Origin: Torpedo marmorata
Taxonomy: Eukaryota
DNA length: 64,000 bases
Direction: 5' to 3'
Assembly (NCBI GenBank): GCA_977017645.1
Contig: OZ360227.1
Coordinates: 148,118,001 to 148,182,000 of the forward strand
The translations under genes were made by a program, and so were the position numbers. The notes beneath the pieces were generated by a model that saw only the letters and a list, made by a program, of their open reading frames with translations, was not told the DNA's origin and searched no databases. Of this stretch, positions 36,160-50,168 are shown one piece after another. The stretch's first letter is position 1; each line of letters opens with the position of its first letter.

Positions 36160-36842
36160 ATTAGGAGCAGCACTAGAGCCCTTAGCTTCTTGTACAATCG
36201 CCACCATTTAATTAGATGATGGCGGATCTGACTGCAACTTCAGATCTGTGTCCCATCTATCTCACTAGCCTTATGCCTCCTTACTTGTCAAGTCCGATCT
36301 ACCACTGCCTTAAAAAAAGGAAGATTCATAAAATTCTGAAAGAAAAAAATGCCTCAACTGTCATAACTGGATGAATTCTTATTTTTAAACTGTGGCTCTT
36401 TGTTCCAGATTCTCTCTCTCTCTCTCTCTCGGGGAAATACTCTCCACTTCCACGCTGTCAAATCCTCGGAGGATTTTGTACTTTGTTCAAGTCTCTTCTC
36501 ACTCTACCAAACTCCAATAAAACCATTCATTCCTCATAAGTTCAACCTGTCCATATCAGATATCAGTCCAGTAAACATTCTTTGAACTGCTGCTCACACA
36601 TTGACATTCGTCCTCAAGTAAGGAGATCAATACTGTATTCAGTTTGATTGAGTCTCACCAATGCCTTCCTTAAATGAAGCATATCCTCCCTGGTTTTGCT
36701 TTCGATTTGTATCACGATAAATGATAACATTCAATTGGCTTTCTAAAATACTTGTAGTACTTGCCCACTAGCCTCTTGCAAGTCATATACTAGATCCTGA
36801 TTCCTCTACATATCAAAGCTCGGCAATCTTTCATATTTAGAT
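36160..36842 (-). mobile_element. Very old CR1-group LINE fragment
   Basis: Decayed reverse-strand CR1-like text (cctcaagtaaggagatcaatactgtattcag...ctcaccaatgcc) comparable to 55640-55700. Confidence 0.55.
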
Positions 36843-38469
36843 ATAGTAAAACCCCTGGTATCCGACAATAATCAATGAACCAAAGACACTGCCTTACTTT
36901 CCGTGCACTATTATTTATAATTTTTTATAGTAATGTCGTAAGATGGTTATAATGTGAATGTTAATTGCACTATGATGCTGCCGCAAAACACCAAATTTCA
37001 TGACTTGTTCATGACAATAAATTCTGATTCTGATTCTGAAGAAAGTGAAGTTTAGGCTATTTCAGGTCAATCATAATCTTCTGAAAGGTGGAGCAAGTCG
37101 AAGGGCCAAATAACTTATTCCTGCTCTTATTTCTTATTAAAAGGTATCAAAGCCAGTTCCACTGATTGCAACAGCTGAATGATGTATCAGAACAATTACA
37201 TTAATTCTGCTCATCTCTACTCAAAGCACCAGCACCACTCAGCCACTGCTTGTCAACGAAGATAAGCTCCCACTGTGTTGTGAATGATGGAATTGCATTT
37301 AATTTATCATGCTGTTACAATGTGTAACATTTACTTCAGAAGAAACACTGCAGTGCAAATTCTCAAGGAAGCATTTCAGATTGAAACAGAAAGAAATAAC
37401 CATATAAGCAGGGCTTCATTTTCCCATAAGCGGACTTGGCCCTAAATAGAGGGGAAGAAACAAATGGAATGGCAAGCCGGATGTACATCTCAAAGCTTTT
37501 ATATATATCTTTATTTCTTTGTTGTGGTTGATGCAATGGGTTCCATTCTGAGCTGAAGGTATCACCCACGATCATAATTTATTACACTATTAAATCCACT
37601 ATAAGCAGCTCCATTACAAAAAGGGAGCACTGAACGTGGGTTTATGCTTTATGGTCATGAAATTCATTTGGTTATAGCCTTGTGGCTCATTCTTTTCTAT
37701 CATTTATTGTACATTTTACTGTCATTCCCATTGGAAAGGGTCATTTATTTTTCACTGACAACTGGATTAGCATTTAATTCCTTTACTTCTGTCACTCTGC
37801 ATGAATGATGTGCTAAAATTATAGAAAATAGACACAAACTTTAAATTACAGTTCCAGTTTGTAACAAGGATAGTGTTAACCATTAAAAGATAAAATGGCA
37901 ATAGAGGCATTTAAGTTTCATCAAGAGGATACTGTCTAGCTTAAACAAATTGCATTTTTAATTGTTTTAACATACAACATGACAAAACTATTCAAATTCC
38001 AATCATGTAATTTGTATCACAAGAAATAGAATTCTTGTGTTTTGGAACTATTTTGTCTCATGAATGAGTTCAATGGAACCAATTTCAAGAACTGGAGTAC
38101 AATATGCAGCCATGATTTTAAATGCAAATGGCAGGCGATAAATTTCTACCTTGTTTTATCTTGACACTGTATCTGGATTTCTGGAATGGTCTGTGATTGG
38201 AGAGTTAAACAAGAAAGTCTGCTGATGCTGGGGTCAAGCGCAATGCACAAACGTGCTGCAGAAACTCATCAGGTTACGCAGAATCCATAGGAAGTAAAGG
38301 GTAAGGCCTGAAATGTTGTGTGACCTCCTGAGTTTCTCCAGCACATTTCTGTGGTTAGCGACACTTGGTTATCCCAAGCTAAGTCTTCGAGATGCTGGGA
38401 GCTTCTGTCTTGGCCCAAGAAGGGGCTTGGCATAGACTGTGAAAAGTTCACATATTAAATATAGAGGAA

Positions 38470-39980
38470 TACTTAGCAGCTTTAAAGGTGGATAAATCCT
38501 CAGGATGAGATAGAATTTATCTTAAGCTGCTGCGAGAGACAAGGGCAGAGATTTCTGGGGTCTGGCTGAGATTTTTATCAATCTTCGCTGGACACAAGTG
38601 AGGCTCCAGATGACTGGAGGATAGCAAACATGGAGCCCCTTTCCAAGAGAGGGTGTGGTGAAATGCCTTGTAACTATAAACCTATGAGCCTAAGATCAGT
38701 GGTAAGGAAAATACTGAGGAAAAGTCTGAGGAAGAGGATTAATGATTTATTGGAAAGACAGGGATTATTCAGAGACAACCAACATGACTTTGTCAAGAGT
38801 AAATCCTATCTGACCAATTTAGTTGAATTCTTTGAAGAAGTAACAACATTTATCGATGAGGGAAGGGCAGTACAAGACATGATTTATATGGACTTCGATA
38901 AAACCTTTGACAAGCTCCCATGTGGGACACTGGTTCAAATTGTTGGGTCCATGGGATCCAGGACAAGTTGACAAATTGGATCCAAAATTGACTTGGAAAT
39001 AGGAGGCAAGGTGATGGTAGAGGGCTGTTTTTGCAATTGGTTGCCCATGGTGAGTGGTGTCCCACAAAGATCGGTGCTGGGACCCTTGCTGTTTGTAATA
39101 TACATGAATAACTTGGATATGGATGCATGAGGCAAGAGCGGTTAGTTTGTAGATGGCATGAAGATTGACGGAGTTGTTGATAGAGTGGAAGGAAGGCTGA
39201 AGCTGCGGAGAGTTATCGATGTTTTGGTGAAATTATCCGAAAATGGCAGATGGAGTTTAATGCAGACAAATGTGAGATGATGCATTTTGAGATCGCGAAT
39301 GAGGCAAGGACATACGCCATGAATGGTAGGGTCTTAGAGAGTACACAGGAACAGCGGGACCTCATATACATGTCCATAGGTTCGTGCAGGTGGAAATACA
39401 GGTAGTTACGAAGGCAGAGAGGATACTGGTATTCATTAGTTGGGAAATTTAATACAGAAGTAGGGAGGTTATACTTCATCTTTTTAAAACAACAGTCAAA
39501 CCTCAGCCACATTGTGGGAAGAATCATGCTGGAGAGGATGCATAAGAGTTTCATGAGGATATTGCCTGGGATCAATCAGTTCAGATATAAAGAGAGGCTC
39601 AAGAAACTAGGTATTTTCTCCCTGGAGCAGAGGGGTTTTGGAGAAGGGGGTGGGGGGGGGGTCATGATTTGGGTATATAATATTATGAGGTATTTAGGAA
39701 ACTATTTCCCATATGAGAAGCAGATAAAACTAGAGGACTTAGGTTTAAGGTAAGGGGGAAAAGTCCAAAGGGGATATGAGGGGGAAGTTCGAGTGAGGGA
39801 GAGTGGTAAGTATGTGCTTGAGAGAGTGATTGAAGCAGGGTCACTGACAGGATTTAAGAAATGTGTAGATGTTCAAGAGCTGGGTGATGGGGTTAATATA
39901 GAAGGGTGCTCCCGGGATGTATAGGGACCTGTAGATGTTTTGGGCTGAATAACCTGTTTCTATTCCATAAGATTCTATGC
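38470..39980 (+). mobile_element. Old degraded CR1 LINE
   Basis: NYKPMSL, SYLTNLVEFFEEVT, IYMDFDKTFDKLP, VSGVPQRSVLGPLLF remnants. Confidence 0.87.
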
Positions 39981-40521
39981 TTCTATAAAATCGAAGAAGA
40001 GCTGTCAACTTAGGAAGGACATTGGGGTTGTGGCTTGTTGTAAAGAAGAGGAAGTGGAATTTAAAACAATACACCTGAAAGGTGTTACTGGGGAGATGCT
40101 AGATTTTCTGCTCTACTCTGATTCAATCACTGTTCTTCACCCAGGAATCCACCCTCACTATGTATGTAAAAACAGGGTTCACTGATGTTATGAATCTGGG
40201 TGGAGTCAATACTAATACCCTCAGTGGACATATTTAAGTATTTATCAGACCATATCCAACAGATTGTGGAAACTCAATCTTGCTGCTAAATCTAGTCTGT
40301 GGCTCAAATAATATAGTAACTTATATTACATGAAACTACTTTTTCCAAAACCACGTGCTTATACACTGAACTAGCTATATAGAGTTTTGGTCAATTTTGT
40401 TTTTTTAGGCAAACTTATGAATGTCTACAAACTGACTTAAAATATCTCCATGTTTTGAAATATATATTTCATAAAAATCTCCTCTGTTGCTCATAATTTT
40501 TCCTTGCATTAAAAGTTAAAT

Positions 40522-40833
40522 CAGGGGCAGGCAATATTTTACCATTCGTGGGCCGGATCGTGTGTCAGTAGTTGAACGGCGGGCCGGGGAGATGACAGCG
40601 GTGCTGGATGGGGGGGGGGGGTGGCAGTGGCGCTGGACGGGGGGGGGTGGCGGCGGGGGGTGGCGGCGGCGCTGGACGGGGCAGGGGTGGCGGCGGTGGC
40701 GCTGGATGGGGGGACGGATAAATTTGGATCCGGCCCGCGGACTCCGTCTAGGTGGGCCGGGTGCACATGGTAATTTCGCTTGGGTTCCAGGCCGGATACA
40801 TTTGGATCGTGGGCCGTAGGTTGCCCACCCCTG
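40522..40833. mobile_element. hAT (Charlie-like) MITE with G-rich interior
   Basis: TIR caggggcaggcaa / ttgcccacccctg; TSD agttaaat / tgttaaat (7 of 8). Confidence 0.82.
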
Positions 40834-40937
40834 TGTTAAATGAACTAAAATTACTCATGAGCACACTAAACTCTGATACAAAGGTTTTCGGAAGAGCTAT
40901 GTCTATTATAGGCGTAAAATACAGAGTATACACTTAC

Positions 40938-41042
40938 ACACATGTGGGCATTTCAGAGAGTGGGCCCAGCAGGCATGTACCACCATTGTAACAGTATCCA
41001 TCACAAGACAGGCAGCTGGATGCAATTCTTCCATTTGTGCAA
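40938..41042 (-). CDS. LRP1B: LRP1B coding exon (105 bp): [35 protein letters not shown]
   Basis: atacag|TTGCAC...ATGTGT|gtaagt; phase 2-2; '[20 protein letters not shown]' matches LRP1B. Confidence 0.95.
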
Positions 41043-44000
41043 CTGTATCAACAAAGTGAGACTAATGTCATTCCAGATTATGCTACAAGAACCCTAATTA
41101 CAGGTACCTGTAAATATTCATTGGAATGCTCTGTTGCACGAGAAATTGAGATCGATTTTTTTTCCATTGGAGTGAACAGTAGTTTCACTATGATGAAAAG
41201 TAAATCAATTGCATTAATTTGAATCATCAGTTTACTGCAACATTACGTACCAGTTACAATAGTTTTGCTACTAATAATTTTGAGACTTATTTTTTCAAAG
41301 AAGATTTCTTTAAAATAAATTATTATTGCGTTTGCAAGACATTTCAAAAATTAGTTTACTATCCTGATTTCCAAGCTTGAACTCCTGGAATCTCCAGATG
41401 ATAAAATTGGGCTAAAATGTGCTCTACTTGTGCTGGCAGTTTGGTGGAGAACAAATGCCATAGCCCAAGTAAGTGCAACAATAATCTTTCTGTCTCTATT
41501 TGGTGAGGATTGAGGTGTTCTTCATGAGTCGGCATGAAACATATTGAAATATGTATTGTCATGTGTAGTGGGACACAGTATAATAAAACTTTATTTTGTG
41601 AGCTACCCTGTCAAGTGAACCTAATTTGAGTATAAAAGATGATGCAAACAAAAACAAATGTGCAGGTTACAAACAAAAAGTTCAGTAAAACAGTGTAAGA
41701 ACAGCAGTACTAATGAGATGTCCACTCAATGGTCTGAAAACAGTGGGGAACAAACTGTCTGTACCTTTTGCCTAATGGGAGGGGGAGTGTGAACAGGGTA
41801 GATGGGTCTTTAAATACATTGGCTGCTTTCTCATGGCAGCAGGGGGTGTAGATGTAGTCGATGGAGGGGAGGTTGGTTTGCATGATAGCCTGAGCCACGT
41901 GTTCTTGATATCTACACTTGCTAATACAGAAGTCAGGATGTGCTGGAGGTCAGATGCTGGTATAGTTGATCTCCTGTTCCACTGCTGGATGAAGTAGAGC
42001 TCAATCATGTTGAGATCAGGGGTTGGATACACTTTGCTTTTGGCCTCTTGGCTATATATCATCCATATATCGTATATATAGCAAGATCTTATCCATTTGA
42101 ATGAGGAGCTATCAAAAGAGCATCAGGATGGTCCATCAAGAGGGTTTCAAGGACATCCACCTTAACCCAATTGCTTGGTTTATTTGAATAACTCCTTCTC
42201 AAAATAGTGAGGCTTAAAGATTGATTTGTCCACAGGATTACAAAAGGTTGGTGTGGCAAAGAGCATATGATTTGGCCAAATTTGGTCCATTAAATGGATA
42301 AGCTATTTTGTATAAGGATAAACATACTAAATGGACTTATCAGCATCATTTGAGAGGATTTCTGTGGTGGGAAAAACATGTCCAAACAAATTGAAATTGA
42401 TGATAGAGGTCCAATGAGATGTGTTGACATGCTAAATGTAACCATGGATATGATGAGCCCCAATACAACACCTCATTTTTAAAAAAAAACAAATTGTCTT
42501 TTCTTTCTAAGCTTGCTATTTTCTCAGTTTTCCAATCTTAATCTTCCACAGTGGAAGTTCTATTTAAATTATTTTCTTTAACTTATATTAGTGATTGTTA
42601 TGAGAAACTATTCATATTTTATAGCTGTCAGCTTGGCTTGCATGACTCTATACTACAGTATATGATACCATATTTAAATATGCAAATTAATAATGGATTT
42701 TCTCCTGTCTTTTACGGAGCTTTAAATCTGACAAATCCTTTACAATAGGAGACATGAGCTTCATACAAACACGATGGGTATTCAAATGCTAATTCTTCAC
42801 AGGATAATTAAACAGATCTTTTGTTTTACCCAGTGTGAATGTTAATCAGATTAACTGGTTCTCCATGGTGGCATCATAATTGCTTTAATTTCGGAATGTT
42901 CCACATTACTCACTTCTGTTCAACACAAATTTGTGAAGATAGTTACTGCACATGAATTCATACAGCAAGCATCATTCGAGATATCACTGTTACTCAACCC
43001 CAATTGAACAGGTAGAACCAGACGTACAATGGAAGAATTGGTGAAACGTTAAAGTAGCATTGATGAATCCGTAATCACGGTGCCCCGGTAAAACTAAATG
43101 TTATGGGAACCTTGAGGAATATGCTCTACAAAAGATTATTGCTTTGGTAGCGCTGATAAAGGGTCTTTGACTTGAAACATCATGTTTTTCTTCCCATAGT
43201 TGCAACCTGACCTGCTGAGTGTTTCCAGCGAATTTGTATTTTTTTTACAGTTCTGTTTTTAATTTATGGTTTTGGTAGTTGTAGAAGCATCATCTCACCC
43301 CAGGATATCAATGCAGCAATTTCTCAGGAAAATAACCAAAGCTCAAGTTATTTCAGCCATAACCTCTCTGTCACTATTTGGTGAAAATATAGGCTGTTCA
43401 CTGATTCATGTATTAAATTTAGGACTATTAACTATCACTCAAATAACAAAGCTGCCTGGGGCTGCATGAACCAAGGCCTGGATGATGTAGAAAGTTTGTC
43501 TAATAAGTGGTAAATAACATTCACATCACTCAAACATCAGTCAATGACAATGAGTGGACTTTACTCATTTTCCCTCAATATTAAATGGAATTATCTGAGA
43601 TTCTTCAAATGTCAATGTCTTGGGGATTATTATTGCTCTAAAAATTAAGCGTTGTGACCACAGGACAAAGTTAGAGGCTGGAAATTCGATAGTGATTGGC
43701 TCATCTCTTGATTTCCCAAAGTCCACTTTGCAAAATATACAAGTCAATTATGATTGAATAAATTCCACTTGGCCAGATGAATGAATCTGGAAAGGCACCC
43801 ATGTAGCTCAACACAATCCAGAACAAGCAATTTACTTGATTGGTACTTAACCAGTTTGTTTAAACGTCTGCACCAACCCCCATTACCACACCTTGACTGC
43901 AGTGTTGTCTATCCACAGGATATACTACAACAATTCAATAACTCTCTTGTTCACACCTCCGAAGCCCTGGTAGCCAACAATATGAAGGGCGAGGTTGATA

Positions 44001-44542
44001 AATATTTCTGAGCAATATAAAATCACACAAATTCCCAATATGCACATAAATGTTGACTCTTTTATTCCTCACCATCAGGAAGCACAATAAATCAGTTATA
44101 TCAAGACAAACAAATGCATATCCAGAAGACAAAACAATTAAAAGCTTGCACTATTTGATATATTGTATTATCAAGCAAGTGTTTTTTTTGTATGAATTTC
44201 TCATGAATTCCTGCAAAGAAGCTAGATGGTGCAAAAGGCGAAAATGTCCTTTGGATAACAGAATCAGCAATTAATGAATTTTGTAAGCACAATATTACCA
44301 GGAATTAATTTGATGATAACTTAAAGAGTGTTAATATTAAAGAAATATATCAGCCAAAATATGTAATTTGACCGGAAGATGAAAAAAAGGCAGGCTGCTA
44401 ATCTGAATGAAAGTTGTTTGAATCTATCACACAACTTGCAGAAAAGGATGGAGATCAGTTGCAGGTATTCAATAGTTGCAGTACTGGGTTGCTCTTTTAC
44501 TTCATAACAATGAATTTTAATATGCAACAGAAGTTGACTTAC

Positions 44543-44717
44543 TTGCAGGCTACCTGTCCAGTGTCTTTATCCACAACACACTGTCCATCATGACACACTG
44601 TACATTTATCCACTTCGCATTTTGGCCCATCAAATTGTGGCAAGCAGATGCAATGTGCATGACCGTCACTGTTTATCCTGCATGTTCCTAAATTCATGCA
44701 GTAGTTATAGCACATAT
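44543..44717 (-). CDS. LRP1B: LRP1B coding exon (175 bp), EGF repeats: NMCYNYCMNLGTCRINSDGHAHCICLPQFDGPKCEVDKCTVCHDGQCVVDKDTGQVAC
   Basis: ttatag|ATATGT...CTGCAA|gtaagt; phase 1-2; 'GPKCEVDKC' as in LRP1B. Confidence 0.94.
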
Positions 44718-45361
44718 CTATAAACCAATGAAGTGTAATTGTTAAATTGAATTACTGCAATAACTCAAATGTTAATGATACCAATTGTAAGTACTTATAT
44801 TGAAAAAATCCTTCTTCAAGGGTATTTAATTTCTTAAAGTCAGACAATTTTATTTTTAAAAGCATAACCTAGAACTTTCCCAATAATAATGAGTGATGTG
44901 CCAAGGTTTATCTGAAAACTTGCAAATGCATCTCATTTAGAGATTACTTCTTATTCAACCTATAAGTTGTTTTCACTGACGATTACCTGAGTAAAATCTT
45001 TGCAACAAATCATTGATTAATTTGTGTAAAAGAAATGTTGACTCAAAATCCAGCTGATGTATCTTTTTTAAAAATTAATTTGGAAAGGTGCAGTATGTTA
45101 AGAGAATGTACAATAAATGGGCGGGTACTGAGAAGTGTGGAGGCACAGAGCGACTGGAGTGGGTACATCGCTCAGAAGGACAGAAATATAAGGAGGTTCA
45201 AGGTGTAGGATGTAAGATCAAGGATATTATGTTAAAATTGTATATCATACTGGAGATTTATGAGGATTTTGAGAGGATGAGAAAATGTTTTGAATTGAAA
45301 AATAATTGTACAGGCTGCTACTGTTTTCACTGGAACAGATGAGTCTGTGGGTTCTCCATGG

Positions 45362-45561
45362 CAGCTATTCTCCACAGGGCACATTTTGAGGGGGGGCACT
45401 GACTGAAATCATAAAATATTTTATTGTTTTTTATATAGTTGGGAGAAAAGAAGTATGGAAAAAACAACTAAACTTGACTGCTTCAAAGGGAAGTGGGCCC
45501 ATAAACTTTGAGTAGACTCCCAAGTGGGCCATAGCTAAAAAAAAGAGGTTGAGAATGGCTG
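45362..45561. mobile_element. 200-bp hAT MITE
   Basis: TIR cagctattctc / gagaatggctg; TSD ctccatgg / ctctatgg (7 of 8). Confidence 0.72.
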
Positions 45562-45879
45562 CTCTATGGCATGTAAATAAAGCTCCAAGTCATTGTTGAT
45601 TTATTCACTGAAGTAGATGAAAGGATGGGCTTTACACTCAAGATCCACAAGTCAAAGATCCTTTGGCAACTGTTCCCGCAGCACCATCTTGCCCTTCATC
45701 AAAATATTTCGCAAAAATACATTTCTGGGAGGTAGTTCTTGGCAAAGACAGACATTGATAATGAAATTCATGACTCTTCATTTATTAGCATTGTATTTTG
45801 TTGGTGCAAAAAGGGTATATGAGATCAAGACCTCTGACCTGGCACAAAACCTATGATCCTCTGGGATCCCTACCCTTCT

Positions 45880-46440
45880 GTTTGCTTCTAAGACCTGGAT
45901 GACCTGCAGCAATTACCTCAATACACAGGAAAAATATGTGCAAAATGTCCCTACATCTCCTCGCTCAGCTCCATCCAGGGCTGCAAACTGACCTTCCAGG
46001 TGAGGCAAAAACACAGAAATGCTGGAGAAAATCAGCATGTCTCGCAGCGTCCATAGGAGGCAAAGGATATACTGCATAACTGACATTTCGGGCCTGAGCC
46101 CTTCTGGCACACTGACCTTTATAGATAGGGTTGGCGCTGTTGTGGCCTTGCCCACTGACCTCTATCTGGCCGAAATAATTTATCACTCCACTTCAGGTGA
46201 GGCAGAGCTTTACATGGACATTGTTCAACCTAATCTACTCGGTGCGGCAACTTTAGTGAAACCAAACGCAGTTTGGGTGACTGCTTACCCGAACATTTGA
46301 GCTCTATCCATGGGTTTAAGCTGAAACTCCCAGCAGCCAATCATTTGAATTCCCCTCATCATTCCATACAGATACATCTGTGCTCAGCCTCATCCATTAC
46401 CAGGGTGAGGCCAGACATAAACTTGAAGAACAATATCAGG
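45880..46440 (+). mobile_element. Old Penelope-like fragment with a younger Penelope terminus inserted at 46008-46193
   Basis: Decayed GIY-YIG (PAANHLNSPH); insert flanked by caggtgaggca at 45997-46007 and 46194-46204. Confidence 0.7.
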
Positions 46441-47063
46441 GAGAGAATTTTCTCTTGTTTTAAGATGGAAATTCAGATAAAAATTCCATCAAAACATTTA
46501 CCTAACATTTTTCAGATATCAACCAAACTATTGAAATTCCAATACAGTATATTTAATTTGATGTCAGATTATAACACTGAAATGATGAGTAAAGTATTGT
46601 AAACTATGTAAGCGTTATTTCAATCAGTTGAAGAAATAGAATGGCAAAATTTGGGTCACTCATTACTGAGGAAGATGACCAAATATTGCTTTACTTCAAA
46701 TCCTAAATACTTTGTTTTTATATTTTGCACAGACATTTTATTCCCCTAACTTCAACTTCAATGTAAGTTATTTAGATCTAAAAAAAATAATTTTCTTGAT
46801 TAATTCTCTTCATTTACCCTACTTATTGTCCATGTCCACAATTAGCAGGGTGATCTCAAAACTTGCCTTAAACCTATCTGCTCTATTTCAGTATTTTTAT
46901 TCCATTGCTTACAATCTTATCCCATGCTGTTATTAATTTCTCCATGGCATATTCACTAATTTAAATCCTCCTCCTTCATTTGCGTTTCTATTTTTTCACT
47001 CCAGTTCCTCTACCAGAGAAAGTGTAAGATTTATCCTGTGAAGACCTCAGTCATGAAACTCAC

Positions 47064-47225
47064 TGTATTGACACCGGTCTCCTGTAAAATCCGATGGGCA
47101 ATAACAAAAAGGTTGATTTCCTGTGTTGATGTCACAAATCCCTTCATTGAGACAGAAACTGTCACAAACTTTTTGCTTGCAGGTTGGACCAGTAAATCCT
47201 ATTGGACACCGGCAAGCTGGTTTTC
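47064..47225 (-). CDS. LRP1B: LRP1B coding exon (162 bp), EGF repeats: GKPACRCPIGFTGPTCKQKVCDSFCLNEGICDINTGNQPFCYCPSDFTGDRCQY
   Basis: gtttag|GAAAAC...AATACA|gtgagt; phase 1-1; 'GNQP.C.C....TGDRCQY' signature. Confidence 0.94.
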
Positions 47226-49278
47226 CTAAACGGTGGAGAGAAACAGATGAGAAATAGGAAGACTTTTAACAACTACAGAATCACTGAATGCATGTTTTGG
47301 AGTGAACCAATAAAAATGAATCATAGCATGGCTTAACTTGTTCAGCAAAACGATTGGATTAATACTGAAACTCTTAATACACATCAATTTTTGTGCTGAT
47401 GCTTCTGTGACTGACATTCAATTCTAGATATAAAGGCGTACTATCTTTAGCCCATTTTGTTCTGAGAGATGTGCCAGTGAGTTAAATTGTGTTTGGGAGC
47501 TCCAAACCTATCTCCTGACCACCTATAATGGAGGCAAACTTCATCTTCCAATTGACATACCAGCATTACAACTTTTGCAAAACATTATCCAAATATAGAG
47601 GTAAGAAATGGGAATAGTTTTACGGAAACAATTTTCTTATACAACACAAGTCAATTTCCATTAGCTGTCTGTATGGTCCATTAGGTACATTAGAAAGAAA
47701 TATACAGATTATTGGCAACATGTTGAAGTTTCTATTTAAAAAAAATGCATAATGAAATGATAGTACAAGCAATGCTTAAAATACGATTAAGCAATGACAT
47801 GCAGAATGACTCCCTGGTAAGCACAGCATGTCAGTTTGTCTTCATTTTCTTTTTACTGGCATTAAGATTCCTTACCACTGCTGGATGGAAGCAAAGAATT
47901 TCAGCTGTAAAAGTAAATTTGCACTATTCACGAATGACTCATCTGTCATGATTTTATTGATAACTCAAATGGGACATTAAAGTAGACACATTATAACTGC
48001 GTGTCTATGAAGGGCAATAACATTCGAGGGACAAAGTTGAAACAATGGGCTGGATGCGATGCATCCATCAGACATAATGAAATTTATTCATTAACATTTA
48101 GCAGTTAAGGGGCTGCATCTGTAAACACGACTTTATATTGCATGACATTTCAGAAATACCACAGATGTTTTATAAGAGGCAGCACAAATCTGCAGGGAGA
48201 CAGGAGTGGAACATCAATGTTTCTGGGCATTATCTGAATAACGAGCATTTTTAAAATATTACAGGAGGGAACATTTTGACAGAAAGATAATATAATTTAA
48301 AGCCATTTTCAACTCTTACCATCACTTTTTACTTTCATATACTCATGTATAAATAACAGTAGAGACAAAAATTAAAAGAAACAATATTCAGATTAACACC
48401 AGCCTTGGTGGCTAAGATGCAGCTAGTCTATTCATTCCAAATCTGAAATATACAGGACAATGTGTAAAATGAAAGAGATATTAGTAAGTGACTCCGATTT
48501 TTCATATATTCCTGCAAGGAACACAGTTGACTTAGAAATTTAGATCTGTAGTGGTTTTTTTTTCCTTTTTTCTGGTATAAATTAAAATAACAATTACGTC
48601 CAAGTCAAATCATGTTTTGCCCTTGCTATTTAGCTTTGGCCCCTTAAGGGACTAAATCTCCCAACATTAAACTCACCCTTGCCATCCATCTCCTCCCCCA
48701 CCAACCGCCCCCAGGATCAATCTCCCCAGTTCTGCATTTGGGTCAGAACCCAACACCATGATCGATATTCTGACTGTCCCCTAGCCACCCATCCAATCTA
48801 AGCCCTGACCTCCTAAACGTGAGGACTCCTCGACTCTCTGATGGAGGCTCTGAATTAATTGATCCCTCATCCTTGATAGCCACCTCTACTCTCTCCCATA
48901 GGCCATGACCATGTCCCCAACTGCTCGCCTTCTCTCACATTGCCTCCCATAGGATCCATACTCAGTCCCAGATATTGTATGTTCCCTCACATTTTCCACA
49001 ATGCTCAAAGGAGAGTACAATGACTCCTCAATCGCACACGTCTTGGCTCTAACAGCACACCATTAGGTGCAGGGCGAGTTCTCAGCTGGTCTGTTAGTCT
49101 ATCTATGTATATGATCAAAATCAGACAAAATTTGTTTCTTTGATCACATGCAGTATTAGCATTGACACAATGTGAATGTTTATTTTAATTCTACAGTCAC
49201 GGTTATGCAATGATCAAGTGTATTCTATGCAGTCAGACTAAACATTCATTGATGCTACTTGGCAGCTATTTACAATAC

Positions 49279-49443
49279 CTAATGTTGATGCTGAACAGAT
49301 TCCTCCATTTTGACAATAGTCTTTGCACTGGTCAGTCTTGCATTCCTGTCCTGCATATTGAGGTTTGCATTTGCACTTTGGCTGGTCACGCTCATTCATA
49401 AAACAAGTTCCACCATTTAAACAAACTAGGTTACAGTTACTTC
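49279..49443 (-). CDS. LRP1B: LRP1B coding exon (165 bp), EGF repeats: GSNCNLVCLNGGTCFMNERDQPKCKCKPQYAGQECKTDQCKDYCQNGGICSASTL
   Basis: ttgcag|GAAGTA...ATTAG|gtattg; phase 1-1; inside ORF 49238..49471. Confidence 0.94.
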
Positions 49444-49766
49444 CTGCAATAAGAACAGGAACAGGTATCAATACATCTGTTCAAACTTTGAAGTTGCTGA
49501 TACTGAAACATAAATTTTATTTTTAGAGCAACTCTCATCCAAAGATTTTAGTTTGAAGATTTTGAAAAGAAAAGAAAGATAAATTTGCATTTTATATTGG
49601 ATTTTTCATCCCTGGAAAAGGACATAATAATTTAATGTTTTGAAATATAGATACTTTGGATCTATCGAAAAGGTGGAAGCAAGTTAAAACACAATAAAGA
49701 TATACAAACGGAAATGTGACAATAACCAATCTATCTGGATTAGCAATATTGACTGATGGATGCAAA

Positions 49767-49935
49767 GTTAGCGTATGTGCAACCCAGTTAGCTAGGGGCA
49801 GTGAGGTTAGCGTTAGGGGTGGTACAGTTAGCGTTAGGGGTGGTACAGTTAGCGTTAGGGGCGGCACAGTTACTGTAGGGGTGGCACATTAAGGTTAGGC
49901 GTGGCATGGTTAGCATAGGGGTGGCACGGTTAGTG
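49767..49935 (+). repeat. About 21-bp minisatellite formed from the 5' head of the adjacent SINE
   Basis: gttagcgttaggggtggtaca-like unit, about 8 copies, running directly into the SINE. Confidence 0.85.
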
Positions 49936-50168
49936 TAACATTTAGTGCAACGGTATTACAGCACCAACGACCCGGGTTTGAATCCGGCACTGTCTGTAAG
50001 GAGTTTATACATTCTCTCCTTGTCTGTATGGGTTTCCTCCGGGTGCTCTGGCATCTTCCAACCGTTTAAAAACATACAGGAATTGTAGGTTAATTGAAGA
50101 ATTTAGGCAGCATGGGCTCATGGGCCGAAAGGACCTGTTACCATGCTGTATGTCTAAATTTTAAAAAT
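49918..50168 (+). mobile_element. tRNA-derived V-domain SINE
   Basis: Same family as 21428-21710. Confidence 0.87.

Noticed and set aside
49800-49925. Interstitial telomeric repeat and PPLTLTV-repeat protein (ORF 49592..49867)
   Set aside because: TTAGGGG occurs within a 21-bp SINE-derived unit, not as (TTAGGG)n; the ORF is a by-product of the 21-bp period.
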